Below the pieces are notes generated by a model that was not told the origin of the DNA, made no database searches, and saw nothing but the letters and a program-made list of their open reading frames with translations. 64,000 nucleotides of DNA from Candidatus Heimdallarchaeota archaeon (GTDB taxonomy: Archaea; Asgardarchaeota; Heimdallarchaeia; Heimdallarchaeales; Kariarchaeaceae), in the NCBI GenBank assembly GCA_027077875.1, contig JALWRB010000216.1, positions 941 through 64,940 on the forward strand, given 5' to 3'. Shown here piece after piece: positions 60,919 to 64,000 of the stretch (the first letter of the stretch is position 1; every line of letters begins with the position of its first letter). A program made the position numbers and the translations under genes.

Positions 60919-61109
60919 GATAGTACTGCAACCTGTCTAGCTTTTTAATTTTCTAGTAACAGACAACCTAGTCAAACTTACGAATCCCTAGGGATGCAGT
61001 TCATTTGAAATCCTATACAAATCCTCAAGCGCTTTTTCCCATCACTTGCAGTTCACTTGGAATTCACCCTCCGATCAAGTTATTAAGGAGTGCACAAATT
61101 CTTGTTTGA
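60919..61109. promoter_or_regulatory. Candidate replication origin and orc1/cdc6 promoter region, with two direct ORB-like repeats.
   Basis: GCAGTTCATTTGAAAT at 60996..61011 and GCAGTTCACTTGGAAT at 61048..61063. TTCAnTTGRAAT resembles the archaeal mini-ORB core TTCCAnTGGAAA. The region sits immediately upstream of orc1/cdc6. Confidence 0.45.
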
Positions 61110-62312
61110 ATGACTAATGTTTTTGCCAACTACTCGGGAGATTCTGTATTCAGGGACAGGTACACCCTGACACCCGAGTTCGTTCCCCCCGAGATGCCTT
61201 GCAGGGAGGAGGAGACAAACCGGATGGTCGAGGCTCTGAGCATTCTGCTAGATCCCTACCGTTCTGTCGCAGTGAATTTCGCCATCATTGGAGAAGCGGG
61301 AGTAGGGAAGACCACACTTGCCAAGCTCATTACCAATCACCTTGCGGACTACGCCATACAGCAGAACATACAGCTTGAGGTACAGTACGTCAACTGCCAC
61401 TCCTTCAGGACCAAGACCGCGATCCTGCGCAAGCTTGCAAACGAGAAGTTCGCCATGCACGGAAGAGGATTCAGCGACGAGGAACTCATGGAGATGCTGG
61501 CCACACGGCTCGACCGGGAGAACAAGAGACTGGTGCTCATCATCGACGAGGCAGGTATGCTAAGAGCAGAGGACATACTCGGACTCATCCACATCAACGA
61601 GCTCTTCGGCCCCGGGATCGGCAGGCTCTCGACAATTGCCATCACCCGAATCTCGGACTGGATGACCATGCTCGATACACACCTCTCCGGGAGAATACAG
61701 GACAAGTTGGAGCTGGAGAATTATGACCGGGAACAGATCGAGACAATCCTGAAATACAGAAGGAAACTCGGATACTACCACGAGGCACTACCCGATGACG
61801 TCCTCAACCTGATCATCGATGTGAGCGCCAATTCAGGAAATGCCCGTCACGGTATCGAGATCATGCTCAGAGCGGGGATGATCGCCAATACCAAGCGGGC
61901 GAAGGTAGTGACTCCCGAGTTCGTCAGGGCGGCCCGTAACGAGATCTACGCGGAGCTCCGACCAGACATATTCAGGGACCTTAAGTTCAACGAGCTTGCA
62001 GCCGCGGTAGCAGTGGGCAGACTTCTCTCCAAGAAAGGCGCTGCCTCATACACAACCATCAATGAATCCTTCGAGGTCTTCAAACTTGTCTGCGCCGAGA
62101 ACAAGGTCAAGCCCCCTGGTGTAGCTACCTACCGCAACTGCATAAAGGAATTGTCCAGGCTGGGCATACTCGTCTACAAGGTCAAACCCGTGGGGTCCAA
62201 TGCAAGGGGAAGACACTCGGTCATAGGTCTCATGGACATACCCGCGGTCATCCTCATCGAGCGTGTACAGGAGGTCATGAAGGAGTACCAGTCCAAGAGG
62301 GGCAAGTTCTAA
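61110..62312 (+). CDS. cdc6: Orc1/Cdc6 replication initiation protein.
   Basis: Walker A GEAGVGKTT. Walker B LVLIIDEAG. C-terminal winged-helix domain. 400 aa. Confidence 0.85.
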   Translation: MTNVFANYSGDSVFRDRYTLTPEFVPPEMPCREEETNRMVEALSILLDPYRSVAVNFAIIGEAGVGKTTLAKLITNHLADYAIQQNIQLEVQYVNCHSFRTKTAILRKLANEKFAMHGRGFSDEELMEMLATRLDRENKRLVLIIDEAGMLRAEDILGLIHINELFGPGIGRLSTIAITRISDWMTMLDTHLSGRIQDKLELENYDREQIETILKYRRKLGYYHEALPDDVLNLIIDVSANSGNARHGIEIMLRAGMIANTKRAKVVTPEFVRAARNEIYAELRPDIFRDLKFNELAAAVAVGRLLSKKGAASYTTINESFEVFKLVCAENKVKPPGVATYRNCIKELSRLGILVYKVKPVGSNARGRHSVIGLMDIPAVILIERVQEVMKEYQSKRGKF

Positions 62313-62905
62313 AGATCTGGTATCATCCGCAGGATAAATTCTACAATCCTCTCATAGGGACGGTCTCCCCTGATCACGAAGTCTGCATTGCGTTTCGACG
62401 GCACGATGACATTCTTGCTCCCGGGGATGACCGTGGCCTCTAACTGGTCACAGATCTGAAGAGTCTCTCTCCCCCTCTCGGTAAGGTCCCTCCTTACCCT
62501 GCGTACCACTGCCGTCTCGATGTCCACGTCAACGAAGATTATGAGGTCCATGAGCGCCCTCACCTCGCTGACCACCGTGGTAAATATGCCCTCGATGATG
62601 AGGAGCTTCGGAGGTCTTATGGTGATGGTCTCCTCTGACCTGAGGTGCTGTGTGAAGTCGTAGACGGGGACATCTATCTCTTCCCCCTTGAGCAACTTTC
62701 TCAAATCACGGAGCAGTCGGTCAATCTCCAGCGAGTCTGGATGATCGTAGTTCACAAGTCTCCGCTGTTCAAGTGTGAGCTCGGGTCTGTGCTTGTAGTA
62801 GTTGTCGAAGTTGATCACCCTAGACTCGGGTATCCTCTCGTCGATGATCTTGGCGAGTGTGGACTTCCCACTCCCAGATATGCCACCTATTCCCAGAATG
62901 AACAC
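62309..62905 (-). CDS. udk: Uridine kinase / phosphoribulokinase family P-loop kinase.
   Basis: Walker A GIGGISGSGKSTLA. 198 aa. Confidence 0.65.
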   Translation of the reverse strand: MFILGIGGISGSGKSTLAKIIDERIPESRVINFDNYYKHRPELTLEQRRLVNYDHPDSLEIDRLLRDLRKLLKGEEIDVPVYDFTQHLRSEETITIRPPKLLIIEGIFTTVVSEVRALMDLIIFVDVDIETAVVRRVRRDLTERGRETLQICDQLEATVIPGSKNVIVPSKRNADFVIRGDRPYERIVEFILRMIPDL

Positions 62906-63061
62906 ATGTGTACGTACTCCTACGTGACCTTAAGGATTCTGTCTATCTCTGTGTTTAGCTTGTCAGGGGTTTGGGCATACTGTCAATGTTTTGAGGATCT
63001 GTGCCTAAACTCTTATCCTCTATCCAGAATAGTTTTTATGTATTGCTGACAACTCTATCCT

Positions 63062-63391
63062 ATGTCAGTGATGGTTGTCCACTTATCTACGGAGGTGGAC
63101 CTAGAGAAGAGACCCTCATCGAAACTGAATGGAGACACCTTCTCCAAAAGCCATCTAAACACCCTCGGTGCAGTGGTCAAGGTCATTCGTCAAGGTTCAA
63201 GGGAGTGTCAATGGTGGGATGTCCTCCCTGATTTCAGAAATTTGGCCTTGAGACTGGCAAAGAGGTCCGAGCTTATATTTATTGACAGTGATCTTCTACC
63301 CGACTTCGAGAAGGATTTTGCAGAGTACATGGATAGGGTAAGAATAATGGAAGATTACACTGTTGAGGAGCTGAATCAACAGTTCACTTGA
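63062..63391 (+). CDS. Small hypothetical protein.
   Basis: 109-aa ORF. No recognisable domain. Confidence 0.3.
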   Translation: MSVMVVHLSTEVDLEKRPSSKLNGDTFSKSHLNTLGAVVKVIRQGSRECQWWDVLPDFRNLALRLAKRSELIFIDSDLLPDFEKDFAEYMDRVRIMEDYTVEELNQQFT

Positions 63392-63419
63392 GCTGGAAGA
63401 CAGACTATGGCATAACCAG

Positions 63420-64000
63420 CTATCTTATCCTAGGGCCTCGCCGTCTAATGATCCATATCACGAACACCGTTGCAACTACTGGGCTAAGGGGGAGTGGTGA
63501 TGCAACTGTCTCCGTATTATCTGAGGTCCCAATGGTGGTATTCACCACCTGTGAGCTGGTAGAACTGGTGGTGTTGGTAATTTGTGACGAGGTCTCTGAT
63601 GTTGTAGAACTGGAAGTGGGTTGGTCTTCAACCCAGAAACCAGCAACGGTGTCATTGACCGATCCGATCTCACTGACTGTCTCCAGAATTATCGTATAAC
63701 TAGTCCTTTTCAATCCAGATATGTCCCAAGCATAACTGGTGCCAGATATGTTCATGGCTATTGGCCTGAATGGATCGTCCGGGAGACTGTACTCCCTGAA
63801 ATATAGATTGTAGGTCACTGTAGTTGGTGGATTTCCGTCCACATATCCAGCAAACCATGTCACATTCAGGGTATTGTAGTACCTTCCTGATCTGGACGGA
63901 GAGGTTATCCTCCCTCCAAAAAGCTCCCTGTTCCTTATCTCATATGTTCTAGTGGTGTTCTTAGACATCGTTCCCGAGTCTAGGACAACTCTGGCCAGTA
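63420..64000 (-). CDS. Cell-surface protein with an FN3/Ig-like beta domain, a Ser/Thr-rich linker, a TM anchor and a basic tail. Partial: the 5' end lies beyond the window.
   Basis: The frame stays open upstream of the ATG at 63968. C-terminus TSSSTTSETSSQITNTTSSTSS...VVATVFVIWIIRRRGPRIR has the same anchor architecture as the subtilase and BNR proteins. Confidence 0.5.
   Translation of the reverse strand, partial: LARVVLDSGTMSKNTTRTYEIRNRELFGGRITSPSRSGRYYNTLNVTWFAGYVDGNPPTTVTYNLYFREYSLPDDPFRPIAMNISGTSYAWDISGLKRTSYTIILETVSEIGSVNDTVAGFWVEDQPTSSSTTSETSSQITNTTSSTSSQVVNTTIGTSDNTETVASPLPLSPVVATVFVIWIIRRRGPRIR

Noticed and set aside
1-64000. CRISPR arrays, rRNA genes and tRNA genes.
   Set aside because: I searched by eye for regularly spaced direct repeats and for conserved tRNA T-loop or rRNA signatures. 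None were found outside coding regions.

Overview
The window reads as a gene-dense archaeal chromosomal segment of moderate GC content (judged by eye; an estimate of about 45-50%). Nearly all of it is protein-coding on both strands. I found no rRNA, tRNA or CRISPR array.

Housekeeping and metabolic genes recognised from motifs:
- Orc1/Cdc6, with ORB-like repeats just upstream (candidate origin).
- A bacterial-type MutS-MutL pair.
- Membrane LonB protease.
- PRPP synthetase, RNase Z and an archaeal THUMP tRNA m2G methyltransferase.
- iPGM, eukaryotic-type NADP-isocitrate dehydrogenase, gamma-glutamyltranspeptidase and a GH1 beta-glucosidase.
- Xaa-Pro aminopeptidase and an S9 oligopeptidase.
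- A P-type Ca2+-ATPase, CorA, an MFS transporter and an ABC-2 exporter operon.
- Uridine kinase.

Surface and secreted proteins: two tandem S8 subtilase paralogs, a BNR/Asp-box protein and an FN3-like protein. All three share the same C-terminal anchor of a Thr/Ser-rich linker, a TM helix and a basic tail.

What stands out is a set of eukaryote-like or unusual proteins:
- A Rab/Ras-like small GTPase.
- A 471-aa protein whose C-terminal half aligns to full-length eukaryotic RPB5, including the N-terminal jaw domain, with an extra duplicated restriction-endonuclease-like N-terminal extension.
- A fusion of HhH, PEVK-like repeats and a ribosomal L35Ae-like domain.
- A ribbon-helix-helix protein translationally coupled to a catalytically degenerate tyrosine-recombinase-like protein. 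Its long Gly/Pro-rich tail carries a polyproline tract and a WH2-like motif.
- A HEAT-repeat protein.
- A protein with a WD40-like beta-propeller fused to a multi-TM C-terminus.
- An SF2 helicase with a degenerate Walker B motif.

Together these point to an Asgard-type archaeon. This is inference from gene content; I ran no phylogeny.
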